DNA of 64,000 nucleotides from an uncultured Gammaproteobacteria bacterium (lineage in GTDB: Bacteria; Cyanobacteriota; Vampirovibrionia; LMEP-6097). The notes below the pieces were generated by a model. It was not told the origin of the DNA. It worked only from the letters and a program-made list of their open reading frames with translations, and did no database searches. The translations under genes and the position numbers were made by a program. The DNA lies in assembly GCA_964551925.1 (NCBI GenBank), contig CAZKFA010000001.1, forward strand, positions 16,281-80,280, in the 5' to 3' direction. This document shows, in pieces, positions 1-9,235 of this stretch; the first letter of the stretch is position 1, and every line of letters starts with the position of its first letter.

Positions 1-327
1 GAGTATGGCTTGAAAGAAGATAGTAGTTTGATTAACGATGCGCTTGCTATTGCCGTACAAAGAGCAAAGATTAAAGCGGAAGCCATGCTAAAAGTTCTAA
101 ACGCGGAATTAGGTGAAATACAGTCAATAAGTGAGACTTCAAGTTATCATCCACCAGTAGTTAGTCGTGGTTATATGATGAAAGCTATGACTGCAGATTT
201 CTCTGAAGCTGGAGCTTATAATTCTGGTGATATCAATGTTGAAGCGAATGTCGATGTGAAGTTTAGAATTGCTGAACCAAAAAAAATAGATTCTAAAGTT
301 GACGACGATGACTCTGAACAAGACTAA
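1..327 (+). CDS. SIMPL (DUF541) domain protein, 5'-truncated by the window edge
   Basis: C-terminal SIMPL pattern: A..RAK.KAE.M...L...LGEIQSISE...G.I.VEANVDVKF; the frame is open at the window start. Confidence 0.75.
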   Translation, partial: EYGLKEDSSLINDALAIAVQRAKIKAEAMLKVLNAELGEIQSISETSSYHPPVVSRGYMMKAMTADFSEAGAYNSGDINVEANVDVKFRIAEPKKIDSKVDDDDSEQD

Positions 328-1630
328 ATATACTTATGTGATCATAGGTGCTGGTATTGCTGGTCTTGTTGCGGCTTATCATTTAAAGAAACTTGGTCAA
401 GAGTTTTTATTATTTGAGAAGTCTGATCGGATAGGCGGAGCAATAGATACGCGCCATTTTGAATCTACTATCTATGAATTTGGACCCAATTCTTTTCTTA
501 GTAACTCTAAGCCCATTATGGAGCTGATTGAAGAGCTTGGGCTTACAACTATTGCTAAGGATTTTGTAACAAGTAAGCGATATATTTATCGAGAGGGTTT
601 GATTGATCTACCAGTAAACCCAATAAAATTTCTTTTCTCGCCTGTTGTTAGTTTGCTGGCTAAATTGAGATTGATAATTTCTTTGTTCTCTTACAAGAAA
701 ATTTATCAAGGTAAAGATTTAGTTGTATATGATTTCATTGCTCGAAAATTTGGTAGAGAGATTGCTGAAATATTTCACACTGCACTTAAAGGTATTTGGG
801 CTGGTGATTCTAAAAAGCTGTCAGCAGAGTCTGTGTTAAAGAAATTAATTGCTTTAGAGAAGGATAATGATTCTTTATTCACTATTCTATTGACTAAGTC
901 AAAAACAAAGAAACAAAAAATGCAAACCTTATCTTTTGCTGAAGGGATGCAGGTTTTGGTGGATGCACTGGTCGATAATATTGGACGGCAGAATATTGTC
1001 CTTGAGGCTGATCTAAAGATCGTTGATTATAATCAAGATCTCATAACTCTCAAGTTGGCTAGTGGTGAGCATTTGAAAGCAGCGAATTTGATTATAAGCT
1101 CACCGGCTTTTGCAGCAGCGGCAATATTAGAATCAACAGCACCAGAAGTGTCTTCTCAACTAGCCCAGATAGATTATGCACCAGTATATTTATTTGCGTT
1201 AGTCGTTGATAAAAGTTTATTTAAGTCTGAAGAGATTTTTGATGCCTTCGGCTATTTGCCTGCTGGAGATGATTTATCTACCTTGGGTACTATTTTCTCG
1301 TCGCAACTTTTTGAACAGAGAAACTTGCCTGATAAATATTTATTCACTTGTTTTGCGAAGTTTAATGACGTAGATCAGATTATTAGAGAGCAAATAATGG
1401 TTTTTGCGCCTTATGCTAAGCGCAAATTAGAGCCTAGTGATTTCTTGGTTTTAGAGACTAAGCATATTACAAGAGCTATTCCCCAATACTATCTTAATCA
1501 TCAACTTAAGCTTGCTAAGATTGAGACTGAGCTACAGAGCTTCCAGAATATCAAGCTTTGCGGGAATTACTTATATGGTGTTAGTCTTGCTGATACTATA
1601 AATCTAAGTTCTTCAATAGACTTCTTCTGA
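308..1630 (+). CDS. hemY: Protoporphyrinogen/coproporphyrinogen oxidase (HemY type)
   Basis: GAGIAGL FAD motif, E.GPNSF, G..AGD, AIPQY, GNYL.GV; ATG at 308 preferred over TTG at 299. Confidence 0.85.
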   Translation: MTLNKTKYTYVIIGAGIAGLVAAYHLKKLGQEFLLFEKSDRIGGAIDTRHFESTIYEFGPNSFLSNSKPIMELIEELGLTTIAKDFVTSKRYIYREGLIDLPVNPIKFLFSPVVSLLAKLRLIISLFSYKKIYQGKDLVVYDFIARKFGREIAEIFHTALKGIWAGDSKKLSAESVLKKLIALEKDNDSLFTILLTKSKTKKQKMQTLSFAEGMQVLVDALVDNIGRQNIVLEADLKIVDYNQDLITLKLASGEHLKAANLIISSPAFAAAAILESTAPEVSSQLAQIDYAPVYLFALVVDKSLFKSEEIFDAFGYLPAGDDLSTLGTIFSSQLFEQRNLPDKYLFTCFAKFNDVDQIIREQIMVFAPYAKRKLEPSDFLVLETKHITRAIPQYYLNHQLKLAKIETELQSFQNIKLCGNYLYGVSLADTINLSSSIDFF

Positions 1631-1650
1631 AACCTGAATCTTCTGGTAGG

Positions 1651-1729
1651 GCAACACGCGCATACCGCGCGGTTGCTACTTTTGTTAGGCGACATCTACA
1701 TCGAAACCTGCGGTTTCGAAAGATGTCTA
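1651..1729. repeat. Two GC-rich intergenic hairpins (REP/RPE-like)
   Basis: GCAACACGCG..CGCGCGGTTGC (1651-1676) and GACATCT..TCGAAACC-TGC-GGTTTCGA..AGATGTC(TA) (1691-1729). Confidence 0.6.
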
Positions 1730-1746
1730 ATGATAGACTTAAGCTT

Positions 1747-2397
1747 ATGAATATGAAGAAGATTGCAATAGTAACTGGCAATGCTCGAGGTCTAGGACAG
1801 GCAATTAGTGCTAACTTGCTGGCTCATGGGTTTGCGCAGCCAGAAATTATTCGCTCTAAAGATTATGATCTAACACAAAGTGAGTCTGCAGAACGACTGG
1901 TCGTAGATACCATTAGTAAATATGGTCGTTTAGATCTTTTGGTGAATAATGTTGGTAACTATATTGCTAAGAGTATTGATGACATTAGTATTGAAGATTG
2001 GCAAGAGATGATGAATTCAAATCTCAATTCTTCTTTTTACATGACTAAATATGCTTTGCCATATTTGCGTCAGTCGCATGGACGCATTATTAATATTGGC
2101 TTTGCGGCTCTGGATAAATTCAGCCCAGCACCAAGAGTGATAGCTTATCAAGTCGCGAAAACAGGCTTGCTGACTTTAACTAAAGGTTTAGCTAAAGCAG
2201 AAGCTGTTAATGGTGTCTTGATTAATATGATTTCACCAGGACATCTTGAGAACACTGTTGTAAATGACGCGATAGAAGATATTCCATTAGGGCGATTGGG
2301 GGCTCTCGCTGAAGTTAACCAAACATTGAATTATTTACTCACCAATGATTATGTTACTGGGCAGAATATAGAAGTTGCTGGTGGCTGGGGGCTGTAG
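1747..2397 (+). CDS. Short-chain dehydrogenase/reductase (FabG-like)
   Basis: TGNARGLG, NNVG, YQVAK catalytic motif, TGQNIEVAGG; start ATG at 1747 or 1753. Confidence 0.85.
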   Translation: MNMKKIAIVTGNARGLGQAISANLLAHGFAQPEIIRSKDYDLTQSESAERLVVDTISKYGRLDLLVNNVGNYIAKSIDDISIEDWQEMMNSNLNSSFYMTKYALPYLRQSHGRIINIGFAALDKFSPAPRVIAYQVAKTGLLTLTKGLAKAEAVNGVLINMISPGHLENTVVNDAIEDIPLGRLGALAEVNQTLNYLLTNDYVTGQNIEVAGGWGL

Positions 2398-2432
2398 ATT
2401 TCACTAAGCCAAGTCCTGTCTTTGCTGGCTTC

Positions 2433-4037
2433 TCAACTACGTGATTCTTGTCTACCATGCAAATTGACAAAATTCGCTTTGTCAATTCCAGAGACAGCCT
2501 CAATCTTAGCCAGTGATTGATCGTCAACATTACCATCAACACCAATCACCATAACTGCTTTGGCGGAGTCTTTGGTTCTACCAAGGTTCATGCCACTAAT
2601 ATTAATTTGTCCATCCCAAAGTATCTTAGAGACTTGGGCTACCATGCCAGGTTGATCTTTGTGAAAAGTAACAATAGAATGTTTCTCTGGTCTGAAACTA
2701 AACGAGTAATCATCAATTTGAATGATTGATGGTAGATTGCCTTGTAGAACGGTTCCTGCGATAGTATGCTCTGCTTCACTGGTTGTGATTTTGATTCTTA
2801 GTTTATCAATGAAAGCACCAGAGTCATCTGATTTAAGTTCATGTACTTTAATCATGCGCTCTTTAGCAATTAGAGGAGCATTGACGAAGCTCACGCCATC
2901 AAGGTTCACTGATAGTATCCCTTTAAGAATTGCAAGCTTGAGTCCTTCGATATTTTTGTCAGCAAGTTTGCCAAGAGCTTCAATGTCGATAGACTTGATA
3001 GCACCAGGAGTGATTTGCGTAAGAAAAGATCCCATAATCTCAGCAAGACCAAGATAGTGTTTGATATGCTGCACTAGTTCAGGTTTGAGTCCCGGTAGGT
3101 TAACTGCAGCTCTTGCTACTCCACCACAGAGTACGTCTCTAATCTGCTCAGCAACATCAATTGCAACGTTGAGCTGGGCTTGAGTGGTACTGGCTCCAAG
3201 GTGTGGAGTTAGTATAACCTTGTCGCCGCATTTATGTAATGGAGAATCAGTGCAGGGTTCTGTCTCAAACACATCAAAAGCAGCTCCTGCTACTTTACCT
3301 GATTGAAGGGCATCAGCTAAATCTTGTTCGTTGACTAGTCCGCCACGAGCGCAATTAACTATTCTCACCCCATCTTTCATCTTGGCGATAGAGTTTTTGT
3401 TAATCATGTTGAGAGTTTCTTTAGTCTTCGGTACGTGTAGGGTAATGAAATCAGAATTCGCAAACAAATATTCTAATTCAACTTTCTTGAAGCCCAGATC
3501 TTCAGCGCGCTCTGCTGAGATAAATGGATCATAGGCTAGAACCTTCATGCCCAGTGCATTTGCTACTTTGCCGACTCTTTGTCCGATTTTGCCAAGACCA
3601 ACTATTCCTAAAGTTTGTCCACACAATTCCGTTCCAAGAAATTTACTTCTCTCCCATTTATTTGCTTTGCAAGAGATATCCGCGATAGTGATATGACGAC
3701 ATAGCGCCATCATGAGAGTAGTTGTGTGTTCAGCTGCGGCAATGGTATTGCCTTCTGGAGAATTAACAACGATGACACCCTTCTCAGTTGCGGCATCTAG
3801 ATCGATATTATCGACACCAACACCAGCTCTACCAATAATTTTAAGTTTGTGAGCATGTTCTAGAATTTCTTTAGTAACCTGAGTTTGTGATCTAACTAGT
3901 AGGGCATCATAATCTTTAATGATAGTTTTTAGCTCTGCAGCACTAATGCCTGCTTTATAATCAACTTCTGAACTTCCCTTGAGAATCTCAAGACCTTCAG
4001 CGTCGATTTTATCAGTTACTAGTACTTTAGTTTTCAT
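2433..4037 (-). CDS. serA: D-3-phosphoglycerate dehydrogenase with C-terminal ACT domain
   Basis: RAGVGVDNID, GLGKIG, NCARGG, TPHLGAST, ACT motif HKDQPG. Confidence 0.95.
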   Translation of the reverse strand: MKTKVLVTDKIDAEGLEILKGSSEVDYKAGISAAELKTIIKDYDALLVRSQTQVTKEILEHAHKLKIIGRAGVGVDNIDLDAATEKGVIVVNSPEGNTIAAAEHTTTLMMALCRHITIADISCKANKWERSKFLGTELCGQTLGIVGLGKIGQRVGKVANALGMKVLAYDPFISAERAEDLGFKKVELEYLFANSDFITLHVPKTKETLNMINKNSIAKMKDGVRIVNCARGGLVNEQDLADALQSGKVAGAAFDVFETEPCTDSPLHKCGDKVILTPHLGASTTQAQLNVAIDVAEQIRDVLCGGVARAAVNLPGLKPELVQHIKHYLGLAEIMGSFLTQITPGAIKSIDIEALGKLADKNIEGLKLAILKGILSVNLDGVSFVNAPLIAKERMIKVHELKSDDSGAFIDKLRIKITTSEAEHTIAGTVLQGNLPSIIQIDDYSFSFRPEKHSIVTFHKDQPGMVAQVSKILWDGQINISGMNLGRTKDSAKAVMVIGVDGNVDDQSLAKIEAVSGIDKANFVNLHGRQESRS

Positions 4038-4058
4038 GGCAACAATGATACCAATAAG

Positions 4059-4087
4059 ATAACTCTATAGTGCCACTATAGGGTTAT
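4059..4087. terminator. Inverted repeat between the APC permease and serA (terminator or operator)
   Basis: ATAACTCTATAGTG-C-CACTATAGGGTTAT, 14-bp arms with one mismatch. Confidence 0.4.
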
Positions 4088-4164
4088 TGTTAAGGTTAAT
4101 TTTACTAGCTGTTCTCTTGATATAAGCTTCAAGGTAATAATTAAACATTGTAAAATTAATTATT

Positions 4165-6030
4165 CTAGTCATCCAAGTGAAATCTATAAGTTATCACGAT
4201 GGTGTTTTTTCTGAATCTCAATAAAGCCTTTAGTAATATTGCCGTTTGATTATGCAAGAAGTTATGCCAAAGTTGTTTGGTAACAAATTCTGGGACTATC
4301 ACTGTAATCCAATGAGATTCTGGTACTGCATTCAGCTCATCAATATACTTCAACAGTGGTCTTGTGATTGATCTGTAGGGTGAGGGCAGGATTTTTAGTG
4401 GCACCATATTCTCATACTCAGCCCAATCTGCTTTTAGCTTTGCTGTTACTTGAGAATTAAGTTCTACATGAACTGCCTCAATATCAGCTGCTGACATTGT
4501 TTTTGCATAGGTTAGTGATGATAGGGTTACCTTGCCAAGATTGGAAACTAAAACCAGAATTTTATGCTTGCTTGGTATCGTGGCATGGAAATCATCAGTA
4601 AGAGTTAATTGTTTAAAGATTGATTGATAGTGTGCTTTAATTTGCAAAAAGATAAAAACAAATAAAGGTATCAGGAATAAAACTATCCAAGCACCAGAAT
4701 GAAATTTTTGTACGGCAATAATTAGAGTAACTAATAAAGTAGTCAGCCCACCAAAGCCATTAATCAATATGCCACGAAACCAGCCGCTAGAGCGGTTCTT
4801 CATGTGATGAGATACCATGCCTATCTGTGAGATTGTAAAGCAGATAAAAACTCCAACGGCGTAAAGTGGGATTAATAAATGAGTGTCACCTTTGTATAAC
4901 CAAAGTAAAAAAATAGAGCCGATACCAAGAAATACTATTCCATTGTTAAAAACCAATCTATCACCGATGTTCATCAATTGTCGTGGTAAGTAACCGTCAA
5001 CAGCCAGTAGATTTGCCATGCGCGGGAAACCAGCAAAAGCTGTATTCGCTGCTAATATCAAAAGTAACATTGTCACGAATTGCACTAAGTAGTAAAGAAA
5101 GCTTCCTTCTCCAAAGACTCTGGTTGCAACCTGTGACAAGACTGTTTCCTGAATATTAGGACTAAGATTATACATACTTGCAAGTAAAGTTATACCCAGG
5201 AAAATAGTAGCTAATAATAATCCCATAATCATCATTACAGTAGTTGCTTTTTTGACAGCAGGTTCTTTGAAAGCATTGACTCCATTAGCTACTGCCTCGA
5301 TTCCCGTTAAGCCAGCACATCCATGGGCAAAGGCTTTGAGCATGATGGCGATGAACCCCAAATTTGCTAATGAGAATTGTGGGTCAGTAAAAAAAGCTTC
5401 ATTTTTTGCATGTACCAATGCTGCGACACTTTCAGTTTTAAAAAATTCTCCAAATCCAAAGAAGAACATCAGAAACATTACAAATATAAACAAGTAAGCT
5501 GGAAAAGCAAAAACTCTACCAGATTCACGTAAGCCACGTAGATTTACAATGGTAATAATGAGAGTAAAGACTACGCAAAAAATTACGGTGCAATTATGAC
5601 TAATTAATCCAGTAGAAGTCAAAGCTGCGACTCCTGCGCTGATACTCACTACTACTGTTAATAAGTAATCTATCAACAAAGCTGCTCCAGCAATTAGACT
5701 CATAGGAAGTCCTAAGTGCTCTTTGGCTACTATATACGCACCACCTTCATCTTGGTAGACTTTGATTATTTGAGTGTAAGAGATTACTACTATTCCGATT
5801 AGTATTGCGATAGCTATTGCAACTGGAAAAGACAATAATCCCGTGTAGCTAGCATAAGAGCTAGCTGCTAGTGCAATAAAGATCTCGTCAGTAGCGTAGG
5901 CAGTTGAAGATAGTGCATCGACTGCAAATACAGCAAGCCCAAGACTGACTCCTAGTTTCTCTTGACTGGCAAGCTTACTGTCTATTGGTTTACCTATAAG
6001 AATGTTTCTGATGAGTTGTAGAACTGGCAT
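4165..6030 (-). CDS. APC-family permease, KimA/YdaO-like putative K+ transporter
   Basis: DALSSTAYA, GG.Y, LTGIEAVANGV, SPYRSI..P, LHNQ motifs; about 12 TM segments. Confidence 0.85.
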   Translation of the reverse strand: MPVLQLIRNILIGKPIDSKLASQEKLGVSLGLAVFAVDALSSTAYATDEIFIALAASSYASYTGLLSFPVAIAIAILIGIVVISYTQIIKVYQDEGGAYIVAKEHLGLPMSLIAGAALLIDYLLTVVVSISAGVAALTSTGLISHNCTVIFCVVFTLIITIVNLRGLRESGRVFAFPAYLFIFVMFLMFFFGFGEFFKTESVAALVHAKNEAFFTDPQFSLANLGFIAIMLKAFAHGCAGLTGIEAVANGVNAFKEPAVKKATTVMMIMGLLLATIFLGITLLASMYNLSPNIQETVLSQVATRVFGEGSFLYYLVQFVTMLLLILAANTAFAGFPRMANLLAVDGYLPRQLMNIGDRLVFNNGIVFLGIGSIFLLWLYKGDTHLLIPLYAVGVFICFTISQIGMVSHHMKNRSSGWFRGILINGFGGLTTLLVTLIIAVQKFHSGAWIVLFLIPLFVFIFLQIKAHYQSIFKQLTLTDDFHATIPSKHKILVLVSNLGKVTLSSLTYAKTMSAADIEAVHVELNSQVTAKLKADWAEYENMVPLKILPSPYRSITRPLLKYIDELNAVPESHWITVIVPEFVTKQLWHNFLHNQTAILLKALLRFRKNTIVITYRFHLDD

Positions 6031-6071
6031 AACAAGTTTATATTAACACTTTGCTATAATTATTGGGTTGA

Positions 6072-7358
6072 ATGACTCTTCAAGGCAAAACTATTATTCT
6101 TGGTATTAGTGGCGGCATTGCTGCTTATAAAACTGTTGACTTGGTTTCTAACTTGAAGAAACTTGGAGCCAATGTGCACGTGGTGGCTACTCAGAATGCG
6201 CTGAAATTTGTCAGCCCCTTGAGTCTTGAAACTATGAGTGGCAATAAAGTTGTTTTTACTGAAAATCGCAGTCAATATTCTAGTGAGATAGAACATATCA
6301 AACTGGCTGATCAGGCGGATTTAGTCTTGATAGCACCTGCGACTGCTAATTGTATAGCAAAGCTGGCTGCTGGTATTTCTGACGAGATACTATATGACAT
6401 AGTGCTTGCAAGCCGTTCACCAATTGTGATTGCACCAGCCATGAATACTAATATGTGGCAGCATGCGACGGTTAAAAATAATCTTGATATCCTAATAAAT
6501 AAACTAAATTATCAAATCATTGATCCAGAGTTTGGTGATCTTGCTTGTGGTTATGTTGGTGAAGGACGTTTGGCGGATATTAATCGGATTGTTGATAAGC
6601 TTAGTTGTATTCTGACTTCTGGATTGCCACGACCTGCGTTTGCAGGTCGTGCAATGACGGATAATCTTCTCATTGGGAGCGAGGTGAAGCATACGAAGAT
6701 TACTATTACGATGGGCCCCACTCGCGAGTATTTAGATCCCGTTAGATATATCACTAATCGCAGTTCTGGTAAGATGGGGCTGGCACTCGCAAAAGCTGCT
6801 CTGAGACTTGGTTATAGTGTTGATCTTATTAGTAGTATTGAGCCGCCACTGGAAATTGTTAAGCAAGTAAAATATATTCCCTTTCAAACTCATGAAGAGT
6901 TAAAGCAAGCTATTGATGAATCTTTTAAGAATGCTGATGCTTTGATTATGGCTGCGGCTGTAGTTGATTATCGTCCGCAACAGCTTGTGAAGCATAAGCT
7001 CAAAAAACAAAAAGACATGAAGATTGATCTAGAAATAACTGAAGATATATTGGCACAAATTAAGAAGCGAGATGGGCAGGTACTGATTGGTTTTAGTGTG
7101 GAGACTGATAATCATAAAGCTAATGCTCTTAGAAAACTAGAAACTAAGAATCTTGATCTTATAGTAGTTAATTCTACTGATGCTTTTGATGTGGATTCAG
7201 CCAAAGTAGATATAATTGCAGCAGGACCTTATCATTCAGTCTTAGAGCCGATTGAGCATATAACCCTCAGCTCTAAGGATAATATTGCAGTTAGGGTTTT
7301 AGAATCATTTAATAAAATAAAAGCCTTGCAGCGCAAGGGTCTTGAGATAAGAATCTGA
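6072..7358 (+). CDS. coaBC: Phosphopantothenoylcysteine decarboxylase/ligase
   Basis: GISGGIAAYK, PATAN, PAMN, LACG, DPVRYITNRSSGKMG. Confidence 0.95.
   Translation: MTLQGKTIILGISGGIAAYKTVDLVSNLKKLGANVHVVATQNALKFVSPLSLETMSGNKVVFTENRSQYSSEIEHIKLADQADLVLIAPATANCIAKLAAGISDEILYDIVLASRSPIVIAPAMNTNMWQHATVKNNLDILINKLNYQIIDPEFGDLACGYVGEGRLADINRIVDKLSCILTSGLPRPAFAGRAMTDNLLIGSEVKHTKITITMGPTREYLDPVRYITNRSSGKMGLALAKAALRLGYSVDLISSIEPPLEIVKQVKYIPFQTHEELKQAIDESFKNADALIMAAAVVDYRPQQLVKHKLKKQKDMKIDLEITEDILAQIKKRDGQVLIGFSVETDNHKANALRKLETKNLDLIVVNSTDAFDVDSAKVDIIAAGPYHSVLEPIEHITLSSKDNIAVRVLESFNKIKALQRKGLEIRI
6621..6658. repeat. GTCAT/ATGAC-type REP-like palindrome in frame in the coaBC linker
   Basis: GGATTGCCACGACCTGC-GTTT-GCAGGTCGTGCAATGAC, read as GLPRPAFAGRAMT. 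Confidence 0.7.
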
Positions 7359-7392
7359 GTGGAATCTGGATTTTAGGCTAGAATTTTAGTAC

Positions 7393-8055
7393 ATGGTTAC
7401 AGCAGTCTCAAAGTCAGCTTCTCCAGTACAATTTAAGCCCCAAGCGGGCCACACCCCTTTTACTCCATTAGTTGAAGCAGCTACCGTAGATTCTCGTGAA
7501 GCTCTTGCTGTTGTTAGCAGACCAGAGTTTGAACAAGCTTTGCTTGCTACTGGCGTTAGTGAGCGTGATCTTAAGAGGTTATCAGCTCTTGCCAATCGTT
7601 TTGAAGAACAGAATTTAAGAGCCAATCGTGATTATAATGTCGATGCTCTTGCTAAGGTCGCTCATGGCTTATTGACTGAGTTTCATAGCATTAAATTTGA
7701 GAGTGATGACAATCTTTCGCTTTATACCACTCTACTTAAATTAGTTTCAAGAAATTTGGTTAATGATCTTCAACCAAATGATTTCACTGAGATAGCAGCT
7801 AAGCTTTTTGCTTTTGACCGCAGCCCAGATGCCAGTGTTGATCCAAGAATTGCTGAGATAGCTCACAAGAATCTTGGAGCTTCGTTGACTCTTGGTAGAG
7901 AAGAACTTTTTGCTAATACAGCTAAGGCTTACTTAGCAATTTGGGATTTGATTAAGGATAAACCAGCTGCAGAACAGCAACCAGCAATGCGCCTTGCTGA
8001 AAAAACATTGTTGCAAGCTGTTACTTCACAGATTCCAGCACATTTAGTTGCTTAA
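7393..8055 (+). CDS. Hypothetical helical protein
   Basis: 220-aa ORF filling the coaBC-hisC gap; S/P/T-rich N-terminus; no motif recognised. Confidence 0.7.
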   Translation: MVTAVSKSASPVQFKPQAGHTPFTPLVEAATVDSREALAVVSRPEFEQALLATGVSERDLKRLSALANRFEEQNLRANRDYNVDALAKVAHGLLTEFHSIKFESDDNLSLYTTLLKLVSRNLVNDLQPNDFTEIAAKLFAFDRSPDASVDPRIAEIAHKNLGASLTLGREELFANTAKAYLAIWDLIKDKPAAEQQPAMRLAEKTLLQAVTSQIPAHLVA

Positions 8056-8074
8056 AGCTTATATAATTTAAGCA

Positions 8075-9223
8075 GTGGAAGATTCTTGTAATATAACCAA
8101 TCGTCTTAATTCGTGGCTGCAGGGTACTGAAGAATACCAAGCTGGTAAGACTTTTGAATATGTAATGCAACGCTATGGTTTTAAGCGCGAAGAGATTTTG
8201 CGTTTGGCTGGTAATGAGAGCACTATTGGTACTAGCCCACTTGCAATTAAAGCAGCTGAAGAAACGATTAAGAGTTCAAATTTCTATGATGAACCACGCT
8301 CAGAATCATTGACAGGTAATCTTGAAGAACATTTTAAGGCTAGGGGCTTTGATATGCAGCGACTCGGTGTTGTCGTTGGTAATGGAATGGATAGCATTAT
8401 TGATCATGTCCTAAAACTCTTTACTAGTGAGCAGTCTGCGATTATGAATTTTAGTCCAAGCTTTATTTATTATGAGTTTGCTGCTAAGCGCAAAGGAGTT
8501 AGTATTCTTGATGTGCCGCGTCTTTTAATAAAGAACACTAGTGAACTTAGTTACCAGATTGATTTCAAGCGGGCTTTGGAGATGATTAAGCCTCAAGTCA
8601 AAGTTGTTTTTTTATGTAGTCCGAATAATCCAGATGGTTCTGGCGTTTCTGTTGCTGACATAGAAGGTTTTGCAGCAGAGTTGTCAAAGAAAGGAGTTAT
8701 ACTCTTTGTTGATCATGCCTATATTGAATTTGCTGATAATGAATATGACGCCTCTAAGCTTGTTGAGAAGTATTCTAATGTAATTATTGGCTATACCTTC
8801 TCCAAAGCCTATGCTTTAGCGGGTTTTAGAGTTGGATATGCTTTAATGGCGCGGGAGTTGAAAGCTAAGTATTTAACTTTGATTACTCCTTTTCTTTGCA
8901 GTCGTCCAAGTCTTGCTGCTGCCAAAGCTGCTCTTGCTGATAGCAATCACTTGCAACAAATAATTGCAAATAATGCTAGCGGTAAGATTTTTTTGAAGGC
9001 TGAGTTAGAGAAGCTTGGTGCTCAAGTTTATGATTCGCAAGCCAATTTTCTTTTGTTTGAGCATAAGAGTAATCCTGCTGCGATATTGCTTGAGAAGCTG
9101 ATGGCTAAGGGTATTATTATTCGAGCAATTTCTGCTGTTTCTAATTATGCACTTAGAGTTACCATCGGTAAACCAGAAGAAAATCAAAGATTTATTGAGG
9201 CTCTTAAACTTGTAGTAAACTAG
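8075..9223 (+). CDS. hisC: Histidinol-phosphate aminotransferase
   Basis: CSPNNP, TFSKAYALAGFRVGY PLP-lysine motif, ANF, RVTIG. Confidence 0.85.
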   Translation: MEDSCNITNRLNSWLQGTEEYQAGKTFEYVMQRYGFKREEILRLAGNESTIGTSPLAIKAAEETIKSSNFYDEPRSESLTGNLEEHFKARGFDMQRLGVVVGNGMDSIIDHVLKLFTSEQSAIMNFSPSFIYYEFAAKRKGVSILDVPRLLIKNTSELSYQIDFKRALEMIKPQVKVVFLCSPNNPDGSGVSVADIEGFAAELSKKGVILFVDHAYIEFADNEYDASKLVEKYSNVIIGYTFSKAYALAGFRVGYALMARELKAKYLTLITPFLCSRPSLAAAKAALADSNHLQQIIANNASGKIFLKAELEKLGAQVYDSQANFLLFEHKSNPAAILLEKLMAKGIIIRAISAVSNYALRVTIGKPEENQRFIEALKLVVN

Positions 9224-9235
9224 GATCAGCTCCCC

